Shown piece by piece: positions 1 through 8,213 of a DNA stretch of 29,942 nucleotides. The translations under genes and the position numbers were made by a program. Below the pieces are notes generated by a model. The model was not told the DNA's origin. It searched no databases and saw only the letters and a program-made list of their open reading frames with translations. Within the stretch, counting starts at the first letter, position 1, and the number at the start of each line of letters is the position of its first letter. Source of the DNA: a virus (taxonomy: Duplodnaviria > Caudoviricetes); IMG/VR virus record IMGVR_UViG_3300021085_000144, positions 1-29,942 of that record; one strand, given 5' to 3'.

Positions 1-180
1 AGGAGATTCTATGTTTTTTATTAGACCATTCCTATCAATCCTTATGTTTAACATATATTCATTATCCTTAGTCAGTTTTGGATATATAGTTATACCTTTT
101 GATACACAGAAAGCCATTGCATTCTGATGAATGTGCTTTGTTACAAAGCTAGATGTTGGCTGTTTCTTAGGTCTTCCCAT
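1..180 (-). CDS. Hypothetical protein (runs off left edge), MGRPKKQPTSSFVTKHIHQNAMAFC...
   Basis: ATG at 180 overlaps the primase-helicase TGA (TGATG); frame open to the window edge; not in ORF track. Confidence 0.7.
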   Translation of the reverse strand, partial: MGRPKKQPTSSFVTKHIHQNAMAFCVSKGITIYPKLTKDNEYMLNIRIDRNGLIKNIESP

Positions 181-1976
181 CAGAACGGCAGTTCATCATC
201 TTCCACACCAAACGCTTTGTCTAGTGACATCTCTGGAACCCCTTCAACCTGCTCTTTATCAAACTCAAATGTAGTTGGGTCTTGATTCTTGGCATAATAT
301 CTTCCAGAAGCTGAGTCAAATCTAAACCTTTCAAGTGCGTTTATCTCCCCTTGAAACTTCATCTTTACCTTTTGAACGACCAACTCTACATCGTTAACAT
401 CTATACCCTCTTGATCATTTTTAGTAAAGTGCCTATAGATAGTAAACCCATCGTGTGTTTGGTTTCTGAAGTCAGCAGATCCTGAACAGTCGTAAAGAGT
501 TGGTAGTGCGTAATCATCGTTGTCCTTCTTAATCATCTTCCTAGGGTGTACCACTAAGAATATTATCACGTTGTTCATCTGTGCAAACATAGTCAGCTTG
601 GTAAGTACGTTCTTTATCTTACTTAACTCAGAGTCATTTGACTTATCGTACTCTAGCTTATTGAAGGCATCAATAACAAATATATCTACCCCATAAATAA
701 ACATTTGCTCTTTAAACTTTTCAAGTAGCCAACTCCAAGTAGGAAATTCTCCATCATCTGGTGCGGTTATGTAAAGCCTTTCGTTAGCCCATTCAACGTA
801 TCTCTGAACCTCTTGCTTTGTAATTCTTTTTCTGTTATGGGTATCACCCCAAAAGTTTCTTCCATAAAATTTCTCAATAAACTGAGTCTGATGCAGTGCC
901 ATTGGACTGTGCTCTGGAGAAAAGAATGAAGCCTTCATGTTGTAGTCCCTCATAAGGTTCATAACATACCACTCTGTAAAGTTTGACTTACCATGTGATG
1001 GTATGCCTGTTGAAACGACAAGGTGTCCCCTCATTACAGAGAACACTTCCTTCAGTCTACCAAAACATTTGTGCTTAGGGAAAAGGGTCTCTGGAAGTCC
1101 GTTCTCGTAAAGATCGTATATACCTCCTGCTAAATCTTTAGCCGTGTATGTTCCTGATGCAGGGTATCTTTTACCACTTAGAATTGATTCTTTTACTAGA
1201 TCACTACCACCCTTTAGTAGATCTCCATTAGCATCCTTGTCCTCAAAAAGAACACGAACACATCTGTACCTACCTAACCTCTGTGCTATCTTGTCAGCGA
1301 CAATCTCTCCCTTCTCATCGTTATCTGTAGCAATGTAAAACTTTTTTACGTCCTGCATATACTTTTCTGAGTTGATCCAAAAGTCATCATTGTCGTTTGC
1401 TCCATTAGGAATGCTGATTGTATTCTTGAATCCACACTGATGCATTGCAAGCACATCAAACTCACCTTCAACAATAAAAACTTCCTCTTGACCGATAGCG
1501 GCATTGATGTTGTAGAATATTGATTTAGTCTGTGCCGTTTGTGTGAAGTGCTTACCCCCAGATCTATACTTCTTCTTCACAAGAGTATCGCCTTCGAAGT
1601 AATTGAACACAATGTTGTTCATTTTTTGTTCTGCTTGTGGTTGATAGTGAACCTCCTCCGTTACATTTAATTCCTTCAGAGTAGATTGGTATATACCTCT
1701 TTCCTCACAGAACTTAACCATTCCATCAGACATCTCTGTGTAGTTCCTCCAGGTTTGTTCTGGAAGCTTGTACACCATGTCTTGTACTAATGACTTGTTG
1801 TCTTTGATAGATATAGCATCGCAGTGATGACACTTAGCGACACCCTTAGCTATGTTAACGCTAAGGCATCTATCTGATTTATTCTTCCTCTCTGGAGTAC
1901 ACGCAGGGCATGTTGTTTTAATTTGCCCAGATGATTTACCCTTGAGGTTTATATCATTCCATTCGATTGTTTTCAT
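180..1976 (-). CDS. Bifunctional primase-helicase, T7 gp4/Twinkle-like (Zn finger + TOPRIM + SF4 helicase)
   Basis: CPAC...CHHC zinc finger, TOPRIM motifs IVEGEFD and ATDND, Walker A GIPSHGKS, Walker B FVID, VVHP and GSADF SF4 motifs, acidic tail EDDELPF. Confidence 0.93.
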   Translation of the reverse strand: MKTIEWNDINLKGKSSGQIKTTCPACTPERKNKSDRCLSVNIAKGVAKCHHCDAISIKDNKSLVQDMVYKLPEQTWRNYTEMSDGMVKFCEERGIYQSTLKELNVTEEVHYQPQAEQKMNNIVFNYFEGDTLVKKKYRSGGKHFTQTAQTKSIFYNINAAIGQEEVFIVEGEFDVLAMHQCGFKNTISIPNGANDNDDFWINSEKYMQDVKKFYIATDNDEKGEIVADKIAQRLGRYRCVRVLFEDKDANGDLLKGGSDLVKESILSGKRYPASGTYTAKDLAGGIYDLYENGLPETLFPKHKCFGRLKEVFSVMRGHLVVSTGIPSHGKSNFTEWYVMNLMRDYNMKASFFSPEHSPMALHQTQFIEKFYGRNFWGDTHNRKRITKQEVQRYVEWANERLYITAPDDGEFPTWSWLLEKFKEQMFIYGVDIFVIDAFNKLEYDKSNDSELSKIKNVLTKLTMFAQMNNVIIFLVVHPRKMIKKDNDDYALPTLYDCSGSADFRNQTHDGFTIYRHFTKNDQEGIDVNDVELVVQKVKMKFQGEINALERFRFDSASGRYYAKNQDPTTFEFDKEQVEGVPEMSLDKAFGVEDDELPF

Positions 1977-2653
1977 AAAGAGTTTTTTCTTCTTAGTTTA
2001 GGTCTTCCTGTTTGTCTGTCTACTTTGTACTTGTTACAGTACCAATTTAAAAAGTGTGCAACGTATTCTTTAGTGCTCTTGACTGTATCAAGGGTATGCT
2101 CAAGGTGATCATTGAACTCTAGATAGTATTTTTCTAGGTTGCCTTTAGACATTTGAAACTTGTCCATCATGAAGGAAACATACTGTTCATTTTCCATAGC
2201 ATCTTCAAAGTTTTGGGCAACGCCCTTATAATTTAAATAACCTTTTGTTGTATTGTTATTATTGTTATTATTGTTAGTTGTGTCCCTTTGTTGTGCTTTT
2301 GTTGTCCCTTTGTTGTCCCTTTGTTGTCCCTCCTCCTTGTTTATTTTCTGGTAATCATCATATTTTATAATGGTTACGAGAGTATATTTGTTGTGCCCTT
2401 TTGCGATAATTTCACCAGTTTGCTTTAATTTTTTTAAAGAAGTAATGATTTGCTTCCTGGATAAATTTAGCTGATCTGATAGCTTGTCTCCAGAGGTTAT
2501 AAAGGACCCTCTTTTGATTGTTGTACCCATCCATTCTTTTTCTTTCCAATTCGCTTTTATAAGGCAATGAATAAAAAGCCTCATCGTGTTTGAATCAGTG
2601 TACCACTCCCACTCTAAAATCTTTCTGTCTAATGTTACAAAGGAGCTATGCAT
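1973..2653 (-). CDS. Phage replication initiator / replisome organiser (lambda O-like, N-terminal wHTH)
   Basis: LDRKILEWEWY...LFIHCLIKAN...RGSFITS...LS..QI...LKKL N-terminus typical of phage initiators; internal iteron-like repeats and poly-Asn linker; directly upstream of the helicase. Confidence 0.8.
   Translation of the reverse strand: MHSSFVTLDRKILEWEWYTDSNTMRLFIHCLIKANWKEKEWMGTTIKRGSFITSGDKLSDQLNLSRKQIITSLKKLKQTGEIIAKGHNKYTLVTIIKYDDYQKINKEEGQQRDNKGTTKAQQRDTTNNNNNNNNTTKGYLNYKGVAQNFEDAMENEQYVSFMMDKFQMSKGNLEKYYLEFNDHLEHTLDTVKSTKEYVAHFLNWYCNKYKVDRQTGRPKLRRKNSL
2280..2334. repeat. Five tandem 11-bp repeats (consensus TTGTCCCTTTG), putative replication-origin iterons
   Basis: GTGTCCCTTTG, TTGTGCTTTTG, TTGTCCCTTTG, TTGTCCCTTTG, TTGTCCCTCCT; AT-rich tract at 2226-2276; extra degenerate copy at 2391-2403. 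Confidence 0.75.
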
Positions 2654-3165
2654 TCTTCAATAAATTTAATTATTCTTTTACTGTATCTATCGGGTATATA
2701 TTGCAATTGACTCTTAAAGAAAATCATTCTTTCTCTTCTATGCATTTCTCTTTGTATAAGCTTATAGTTTAAACCCTTTACTCTTAATAGTTCCTCTTCT
2801 AAAGTCTCTTCAAGCTCGTCAATATCTCCTATGATTCCCAGTACATCCTTTCTTATTTGAATATATAAAGCACGTAGTTTGGGATCAAAAAACTTTTCAT
2901 CCTTAACAAAAATTTCCATCTGCTTACATGCATGCACGGCTGTTGCATGATCTTTTTTAAATACTGTGCTAATATCTAGATATGGCATGTCTGTAAACTC
3001 CTTTAGAACGTACATAACAAGCTGCCTCATTTGGACATCAGGTCTTTGCCTTCTTTTCATGTTTCGAAATATATTGTGTGGTTTCATGTATTTCTCACAG
3101 ATAGCTATAATTGCATCTTTTCTGCGTGCATGTGCTATATCTTGTCTCTCTATTTCTAGTTTCAT
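2635..3165 (-). CDS. Protein with DnaA C-terminal (domain IV) HTH plus coiled coil
   Basis: RQLVMYVLKEFTDMPYLDISTVFKKDHATAVHA matches the DnaA domain IV pattern RQIAMYL...T..SL..IG..F..RDHTTV.HA; no AAA+ domain. Confidence 0.8.
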   Translation of the reverse strand: MKLEIERQDIAHARRKDAIIAICEKYMKPHNIFRNMKRRQRPDVQMRQLVMYVLKEFTDMPYLDISTVFKKDHATAVHACKQMEIFVKDEKFFDPKLRALYIQIRKDVLGIIGDIDELEETLEEELLRVKGLNYKLIQREMHRRERMIFFKSQLQYIPDRYSKRIIKFIEECIAPL

Positions 3166-3183
3166 AAATTGTGGAATTTAATA

Positions 3184-3230
3184 AGCCTGAAGGGGGACAG
3201 TTTGTATAATAGTCCCCCATAAAACAGGCT
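3184..3230 (-). promoter_or_regulatory. Nested intergenic stem-loop (AGCCTG/CAGGCT outer, GGGGGAC/GTCCCCC inner)
   Basis: Two perfect inverted repeats between the SSB and DnaA-IV genes; no strong U-tract on the coding strand. Confidence 0.5.
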
Positions 3231-3246
3231 AATTGATTAAAATAAA

Positions 3247-3540
3247 TTAAAAGGGTAGATCGTCCGTTGCTTGAGCCATAGCTGAAGCTTGTTGTGGAGT
3301 CTGTGTACTGTTGTTAGGGTTATCTCTTGGAGGAAAAACCTTTCCGAGGTTGTATCTACTCTTTGTTTCTGGGTTGTATCCAGATAGAGACTTAGAACCA
3401 TCGTCCCAAGTTGTTAGATCAAACCAAACACTCTTACCGTACTTGTCACTGTCGGTTACAGATTTTGGTGATTCCTTGATGAGTTTTCCTAACTCAGTTA
3501 CGTTTAGAGCGATACGCTCTTTGTTTGTTGGCTGTGCCAT
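3247..3540 (-). CDS. Putative single-stranded DNA-binding protein
   Basis: Short beta-rich core, Q/P/N-rich linker and DDLPF tip typical of SSB; adjacent to the exonuclease. Confidence 0.65.
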   Translation of the reverse strand: MAQPTNKERIALNVTELGKLIKESPKSVTDSDKYGKSVWFDLTTWDDGSKSLSGYNPETKSRYNLGKVFPPRDNPNNSTQTPQQASAMAQATDDLPF

Positions 3541-3550
3541 AATAAAAAAT

Positions 3551-4243
3551 TTAAGTTAATAATTGATTTAATTGATTGAGGTATTCTCTACAGAGAACAA
3601 CTCGGTTATAGATTGCATCTATGTCTTCTTGGTTTCTTTCAACCACAAATTCTTTTATCCTGTGCTTAGGGTTTATATCCTTAAACTTATGAGAGTCCCA
3701 TATCTCTTGCTCTAGTTCTTCAGGTAAGTCAAGGAAGCCAAGCTTTGACCTAATCCTTTTCATCTCATCGAAGATTAATTCGTCAGGAGTATCAACAAGG
3801 CAGTAAACAAGCTTTGATTCCTCAAAATCTGTAAGAGCCATATATCCTTGGAGTTGCCAATAGTAATCTTTTGTTGGCACTTCTTCATTAGTTAATGGAA
3901 ATGTTGTGTGATTCCAGGAGCACTTTATGTCTATCAAAGTGTCTGCAAAGAGGTCTGGCTCTCCAGTTATGTAGTCGTTGTTATACCTTTTTGTATTCTT
4001 CACAACATTTTTTGTTATATGTCTACCATACATCTCAATGCCCTCTTCTTCAGCCATGATACCTTTGTCTAGGTACTTTGACTGTATCACTCCAGACTTT
4101 CCGTATAACTGTTCTTTAAATATCTCGCCCAAGTAAGTTCTCGTGCCTACAGAAAGCAGGTCCTTCTTGTTCCTCGGATTCGTCATCAACTTACTAATGG
4201 ACGAGCATCTAAACAGATAGTTATCAAATAAAATTTTACTCAT
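3551..4243 (-). CDS. YqaJ/lambda-exonuclease-like PD-(D/E)xK recombination nuclease
   Basis: RCSSI, KG...EEEG, GEPD, IDIKCSW and YYWQLQGYM motifs. Confidence 0.85.
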   Translation of the reverse strand: MSKILFDNYLFRCSSISKLMTNPRNKKDLLSVGTRTYLGEIFKEQLYGKSGVIQSKYLDKGIMAEEEGIEMYGRHITKNVVKNTKRYNNDYITGEPDLFADTLIDIKCSWNHTTFPLTNEEVPTKDYYWQLQGYMALTDFEESKLVYCLVDTPDELIFDEMKRIRSKLGFLDLPEELEQEIWDSHKFKDINPKHRIKEFVVERNQEDIDAIYNRVVLCREYLNQLNQLLT

Positions 4244-4248
4244 AACAG

Positions 4249-4638
4249 TTATTTTCTTTTAAAGTCCTCTGATTCATCTTCTCCAAAAACCCCTAGTTCA
4301 TAGAATCCTGTAAGCTTTAGTACGGCACGAGACATTGCTCGTTTCTCTGCCATCTCCATAACATACCATGTGTTGCAGTTACCACTCTTATAGTCTCCCT
4401 TAAGGGCAGAACCAAAGGTTTGTATCGTAGTGTCTTGCTTTTCAGCATTCGCCTTCACAACTGCAAACTCTGGTTTACATTCAATAACATCGTAATGTAT
4501 CTTGATTTGTTCTACACCTTGTATCTTATCGATACCTGCACGAGTAATGATCGTGTAGTGTTGGTGTTTAAATACCTCATCTGGAGTGAGGTCATACTTC
4601 TTGTATAGCTTCGCTATCTTCTCTCTGTTTGTTGCCAT
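4249..4638 (-). CDS. Putative ssDNA-annealing protein (Rad52/Sak-like fold suspected)
   Basis: TFGSA...EMAEKRAMSRAVLK...GVFGEDE C-terminal helix pattern; position next to exonuclease and SSB. Confidence 0.4.
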   Translation of the reverse strand: MATNREKIAKLYKKYDLTPDEVFKHQHYTIITRAGIDKIQGVEQIKIHYDVIECKPEFAVVKANAEKQDTTIQTFGSALKGDYKSGNCNTWYVMEMAEKRAMSRAVLKLTGFYELGVFGEDESEDFKRK

Positions 4639-5038
4639 AATTTAGTTTAATTTGATTTAAATGTGTTACTTCTTTGTTTTTCAAGACATCTAGCTTTTGT
4701 TTAAAAAAGGTATAAGTCTTTTCAGACAACTCCTTGCCTTGACCTTCAATTCTGTCTAAGGCATTAGAGTACGATAGAGAGTCCGAAAGGATCTTTAATG
4801 AGTTTTCATATGCAAACTGCACTAAAAACCCCTCTAAAGGCTTGTAAACGTCTCTGGTGGTGTCTAAAAGCTCATACTTATTATCAGATATCTTTTCCAT
4901 CTTAATTCTAGGGAGGAAATAATGTTCGCTCCCATCACGAAAGGTCACCTTTTTATCAGGGTCTAACGATCTCCATAATACGGAAAGCATGTACTCTCTA
5001 CTTTCAATCATATATGTCAAGTCTTTTTTTGTATTCAT
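4592..5038 (-). CDS. Hypothetical protein
   Basis: 148-aa ORF in a contiguous minus-strand operon. Confidence 0.7.
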   Translation of the reverse strand: MNTKKDLTYMIESREYMLSVLWRSLDPDKKVTFRDGSEHYFLPRIKMEKISDNKYELLDTTRDVYKPLEGFLVQFAYENSLKILSDSLSYSNALDRIEGQGKELSEKTYTFFKQKLDVLKNKEVTHLNQIKLNYGNKQREDSEAIQEV

Positions 5039-5222
5039 TTAATAATTCTTCGTAATCAGAAACAATTAGGTTTAGCACATCAATCCTAGAACTTAACCTA
5101 TCAATTTCAAATTGCTTATTCATTACCTTTTTATCTGACTCGTTTAGATGCTCTTTGAGTGTCTTTACTTGTGCTAACAAAAAGTCTTTATCTATTGGTT
5201 GTATTTCTCCGATTGTTTTCAA
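5004..5222 (-). CDS. Hypothetical coiled-coil protein
   Basis: 72-aa ORF starting MKTI, heptad pattern. Confidence 0.65.
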   Translation of the reverse strand: MKTIGEIQPIDKDFLLAQVKTLKEHLNESDKKVMNKQFEIDRLSSRIDVLNLIVSDYEELLNEYKKRLDIYD

Positions 5223-5425
5223 AATAGTAATAGGTTTAAATATTTCTGATACTCTTTCATTCTCTTGGAAATCGACTGAAGTTCTTTAACCTTTTGGTTT
5301 AGTTCCTTTCCCTTCAGTTCGTCTATACCCTTTGTCTCTTTTGTCATCTTCATGTGTTGGTAAAATATATGGTCTCTGACTTTGGAGATATGAGATTGCT
5401 TCTTCGTTTTCAAACTTATCTTCAT
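5219..5425 (-). CDS. Hypothetical basic helical protein (start revised to MKISLK)
   Basis: ATG at 5425 preceded by A-rich ctaaaaaacaaaatt. Confidence 0.6.
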   Translation of the reverse strand: MKISLKTKKQSHISKVRDHIFYQHMKMTKETKGIDELKGKELNQKVKELQSISKRMKEYQKYLNLLLF

Positions 5426-5543
5426 AATTTTGTTTTTTAGGGTTTGCAATATAGTTAAAATACTCTTGTTCCATCCAATCTAACTCGATTCGACCTTGGT
5501 ATTCGTACCAATTTTCTTCTAGCAGTTCTTTAATTCTACTCAT
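5286..5543 (-). CDS. Hypothetical protein (start revised to MSRIKELL)
   Basis: ATG 10 nt after the stop of the upstream gene; C-terminus overlaps the next gene by 140 nt. Confidence 0.55.
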   Translation of the reverse strand: MSRIKELLEENWYEYQGRIELDWMEQEYFNYIANPKKQNYEDKFENEEAISYLQSQRPYILPTHEDDKRDKGYRRTEGKGTKPKG

Positions 5544-5553
5544 ATTCAAGTGT

Positions 5554-5856
5554 TTAACAATAGTCAAAATTTCTAGATTCATAACAGCCTTCACTACAAT
5601 AGTTGTCATCATAGTCTGGTTCGGCATCACCGCAATCTACACCTAGTTTGGATCCACAGGTCTTACAATACCTGTTTAGATCTGTAAATGTAGCTACGTT
5701 TAATGATGATAGTGAATCTTTTAGTTTGCTCCACCATACATTCATCTTGTAGACTTCGTTCTTACTCAAAGCCTTTACATGGCACACGCCATCTACCCCT
5801 GTGTAGGAGTAGATGTGCACACCTGTTTCAAGCTTTCTTAATTTAAGAAACGCCAT
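5554..5856 (-). CDS. Hypothetical protein with Cys cluster (CKTC...YCSEGC), possible zinc binding
   Basis: 100-aa ORF with CxxC and CSxxC motifs. Confidence 0.65.
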   Translation of the reverse strand: MAFLKLRKLETGVHIYSYTGVDGVCHVKALSKNEVYKMNVWWSKLKDSLSSLNVATFTDLNRYCKTCGSKLGVDCGDAEPDYDDNYCSEGCYESRNFDYC

Positions 5857-6196
5857 CTCTCAACTGTCTGTAAACGTTGTCTATGACGTAGGTCATATTC
5901 TCATCAAAAGAATCTTGCATCTTCATAGTGAAGAACTCATTTAAAGAATAGTTCCTACCATCTTTGTTGATAGTTACAGTAAACTCTTTGTTGTTTGAAG
6001 TGTTTACTCCTGAGCGATACTTAGCAATAGTTACTGTCTTTAGTAACTTTCCAAACTCCTTTTTAAAAGTTGCTTGAATTTCATTAACATCATCAGTTTT
6101 TAAGTTTCTAATAAACTCAATCTGACTTACTGGAATGCGACCTACATGATACTTAGTTTTTCTCTTGCGAGTCGTCTTTCTTTTAGTTGTATTCAT
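5843..6196 (-). CDS. Hypothetical protein with basic N-terminus, possibly DNA binding
   Basis: First ORF after the 6257-6288 promoter; TTKRKTTRKRKTK N-terminus. Confidence 0.7.
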   Translation of the reverse strand: MNTTKRKTTRKRKTKYHVGRIPVSQIEFIRNLKTDDVNEIQATFKKEFGKLLKTVTIAKYRSGVNTSNNKEFTVTINKDGRNYSLNEFFTMKMQDSFDENMTYVIDNVYRQLRDGVS

Positions 6197-6256
6197 AAAT
6201 AATTAAATTAAATTGCGCCTACTCTGTAAGGTTTTCAGCTACCCCTATGTTGTTAA

Positions 6257-6288
6257 CAAATTTACAATCTGTTTTGTTAATATGCAAA
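6257..6288 (-). promoter_or_regulatory. Bacteroidota sigma-A-type promoter driving the replication operon
   Basis: Minus strand TTTG-N20-TAAATTTG, an exact -33/-7 consensus in an intergenic gap. Confidence 0.8.
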
Positions 6289-6307
6289 TTTATTTGTAAT
6301 ACATTGA

Positions 6308-6379
6308 TTATCTGTCGTTTAGTGTCCAATAGATAGCTACAAATGAAGCTATACTTATTATAATTTATATGTCTATCAT
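6308..6379 (-). pseudogene. Interrupted hydrophobic micro-ORF MIDI*IIISIASFVAIYWTLNDR
   Basis: ATGA overlap with the upstream stop, in-frame TAA at codon 5, then a TM-like run ending in TAA. Confidence 0.3.
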
Positions 6380-6765
6380 GATGATTTACTCAAACCAACA
6401 TACTCGCACCATTCTTCAAGGACTTCCCAATTTATTCCTATTGTAGCATCGTGTTTACTCTCGGCAAGTTCTAATATCTCTTCAGCTTGTTCGTCTGTGC
6501 ATTCGTATCCCAGACTTTCAATATCTTTTTTGTACCAACTTATTCTGGCTGAAGGTATTTTAACTTCTGACTCCATGATGATTTCCTCCCACAGATCGTT
6601 CATTTCGTTAAACTGATTTTGTGCTGCTTCCACATATCCTTCACTTCCATCTTCTTTAGTTTCATACATTGACTTAGGATCCACTCCATTTGCTTCACAG
6701 AAAACTTTTAATGATTTCTCTGCTAAATCACAAGCCAGTTCTGTTACGTTAATTATTGCTTCCAT
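6376..6765 (-). CDS. Hypothetical acidic early protein
   Basis: 129-aa Glu-rich ORF; HDATIGINWE motif. Confidence 0.75.
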   Translation of the reverse strand: MEAIINVTELACDLAEKSLKVFCEANGVDPKSMYETKEDGSEGYVEAAQNQFNEMNDLWEEIIMESEVKIPSARISWYKKDIESLGYECTDEQAEEILELAESKHDATIGINWEVLEEWCEYVGLSKSS

Positions 6766-7012
6766 TGTTTGTGTGTTTTAAGTTTTGATTATATTCTCTG
6801 ATTAAAAAGTCCTGCTGATGGTCTGGAAGGTCTTGTACGTTTACAACACTGTAACCTTTATGTAACCTTGTTTGTTTTCTTGCCTCAGCACTAACACCAT
6901 AAATTCTTGGTGGTCTGTTAGAATGCTCCTGAAGTACCTTATCCTCCTCTTTATTGTATAGGACGTATTCAGGATCCTCTGTTAGGTTTGGATAGTACAT
7001 ATAGTTTTTCAT
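6749..7012 (-). CDS. Hypothetical early protein, paralogue of 7996..8202
   Basis: Shared YVLY.K..D, P.IYG...EA and VV...DLP.HQQ.FL. Confidence 0.75.
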   Translation of the reverse strand: MKNYMYYPNLTEDPEYVLYNKEEDKVLQEHSNRPPRIYGVSAEARKQTRLHKGYSVVNVQDLPDHQQDFLIREYNQNLKHTNNGSNN

Positions 7013-7022
7013 TTGTTTTGTT

Positions 7023-7229
7023 TTAAATTGTTTCTATAAATCTTGGGTTTTTAAATTCATCTTCAGCTTCTTTTCTTTTGCTGAAATCTGCATTTCTAAA
7101 ATCTTTCCTTACAATCCTATTGCTTATTGGATCAACGTCAAAGGCACTAACCTTGTAAAATTTTCCATCACTTAAATCCTTGTAGTAGTGGCTATAAATG
7201 TCATAATACTGTTCTATTCTTTGTTTCAT
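7023..7229 (-). CDS. Hypothetical early protein
   Basis: 68-aa ORF in tight array. Confidence 0.7.
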   Translation of the reverse strand: MKQRIEQYYDIYSHYYKDLSDGKFYKVSAFDVDPISNRIVRKDFRNADFSKRKEAEDEFKNPRFIETI

Positions 7230-7231
7230 AT

Positions 7232-7468
7232 TTATTTGATTTTAATTTTACTCATTACTTCTGTTACTATGTCTTCAATGAAGTCATACTTTTGGTCTAT
7301 TATCTCATCGTGCCATTGAGGAGGGATATCGAAGTATGCTTCAACGTCCTCTCTGATTGCTTCCTCCACGATCATTAATAGGTCTTTCTTTATTTCGTGA
7401 GCAGTATCTGCTACTGCATTGTCCCATACGTCCTCGAATGGGTTGGTTTCATAAGGTGGATATCTCAT
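7232..7468 (-). CDS. Hypothetical acidic early protein
   Basis: 78-aa D/E-rich ORF with the conserved ACATTATG start context. Confidence 0.7.
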   Translation of the reverse strand: MRYPPYETNPFEDVWDNAVADTAHEIKKDLLMIVEEAIREDVEAYFDIPPQWHDEIIDQKYDFIEDIVTEVMSKIKIK

Positions 7469-7480
7469 AATGTTTCTTTT

Positions 7481-7756
7481 TTATAATTCTTCCTCTAACA
7501 TTTCCCATAGCTTATCTAGTGATTCACTACTAAGTCGTCCTGTGTTTTCATGTTGAACGCCATACTCCTCTTCGTAAAGAGTTTCATAGTCTGAGAAATT
7601 CTTAACTAACATTTTCCTAGACCCATTTTCATCCCATTGACCAAGTGCAAATACTGTGGCAACGGACTTATCTTCTTGCTTAACTTCAAACACACCTTCT
7701 ATCTCTGTAATATGTGTGTAGCAATTGATTTCTTTTAGCTTTACTTTTGTTTTCAT
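7481..7756 (-). CDS. Hypothetical early protein
   Basis: 91-aa ORF, MKTK start, EEEL end. Confidence 0.7.
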   Translation of the reverse strand: MKTKVKLKEINCYTHITEIEGVFEVKQEDKSVATVFALGQWDENGSRKMLVKNFSDYETLYEEEYGVQHENTGRLSSESLDKLWEMLEEEL

Positions 7757-7774
7757 AATGTTTGATTTTTGATT

Positions 7775-7999
7775 TTACCATTTTTCTATAAAATATCTTT
7801 TACATTCGCAAATAACTATTCTTTGCATTTGATTACCTAGCATTTGCATTTCTCGAGTAGTATCTTTGTATTTTGTGGAATTACAATTTTTACAACCACC
7901 TTGAAAATTATACAATCCTATTTCTATTGAGATAGTATTTTCGTAGGCTAAATCCCAAATATTTTTAGTAGACTGAGAATGTTCTACAATCGTTTTCAT
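7775..7999 (-). CDS. Hypothetical small Cys-motif protein (CKNC...CEC)
   Basis: 74-aa ORF flanked by junction repeats. Confidence 0.65.
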   Translation of the reverse strand: MKTIVEHSQSTKNIWDLAYENTISIEIGLYNFQGGCKNCNSTKYKDTTREMQMLGNQMQRIVICECKRYFIEKW

Positions 8000-8202
8000 A
8001 ATGTTTGTTTTAGAAATTTTTGTTGGTGTTTTGGCAAATCAGTGCAGGAAACTACATACTCGTTACCATAACAATCTTCAATAGCTTCTTCTTTTATACC
8101 ATATATTATAGGTTCTCCATCATCAAAACAAACTATTGAATCATTTGCTTTGTCGTACAAAACATAGTCTGTGTCTTTTAAAATTGAGTCTTTTGTTTTC
8201 AT
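7996..8202 (-). CDS. Hypothetical early protein, paralogue of 6749..7012
   Basis: Same shared motifs as 6749..7012; MKTK start. Confidence 0.75.
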   Translation of the reverse strand: MKTKDSILKDTDYVLYDKANDSIVCFDDGEPIIYGIKEEAIEDCYGNEYVVSCTDLPKHQQKFLKQTL

Positions 8203-8213
8203 AATGTTTGTTT

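Noticed and set aside
5286-5425. 140-nt overlap of two minus-strand ORFs as a programmed frameshift
   Set aside because: The downstream ORF has its own good start context, and run-on overlaps also occur at 4592-4638 and 5004-5038.
6297-6321. TAA-N4-TTGATTATCTG-N4-TTA quasi-palindrome as a recombinase site
   Set aside because: Single imperfect copy in AT-rich DNA and no recombinase in the window.
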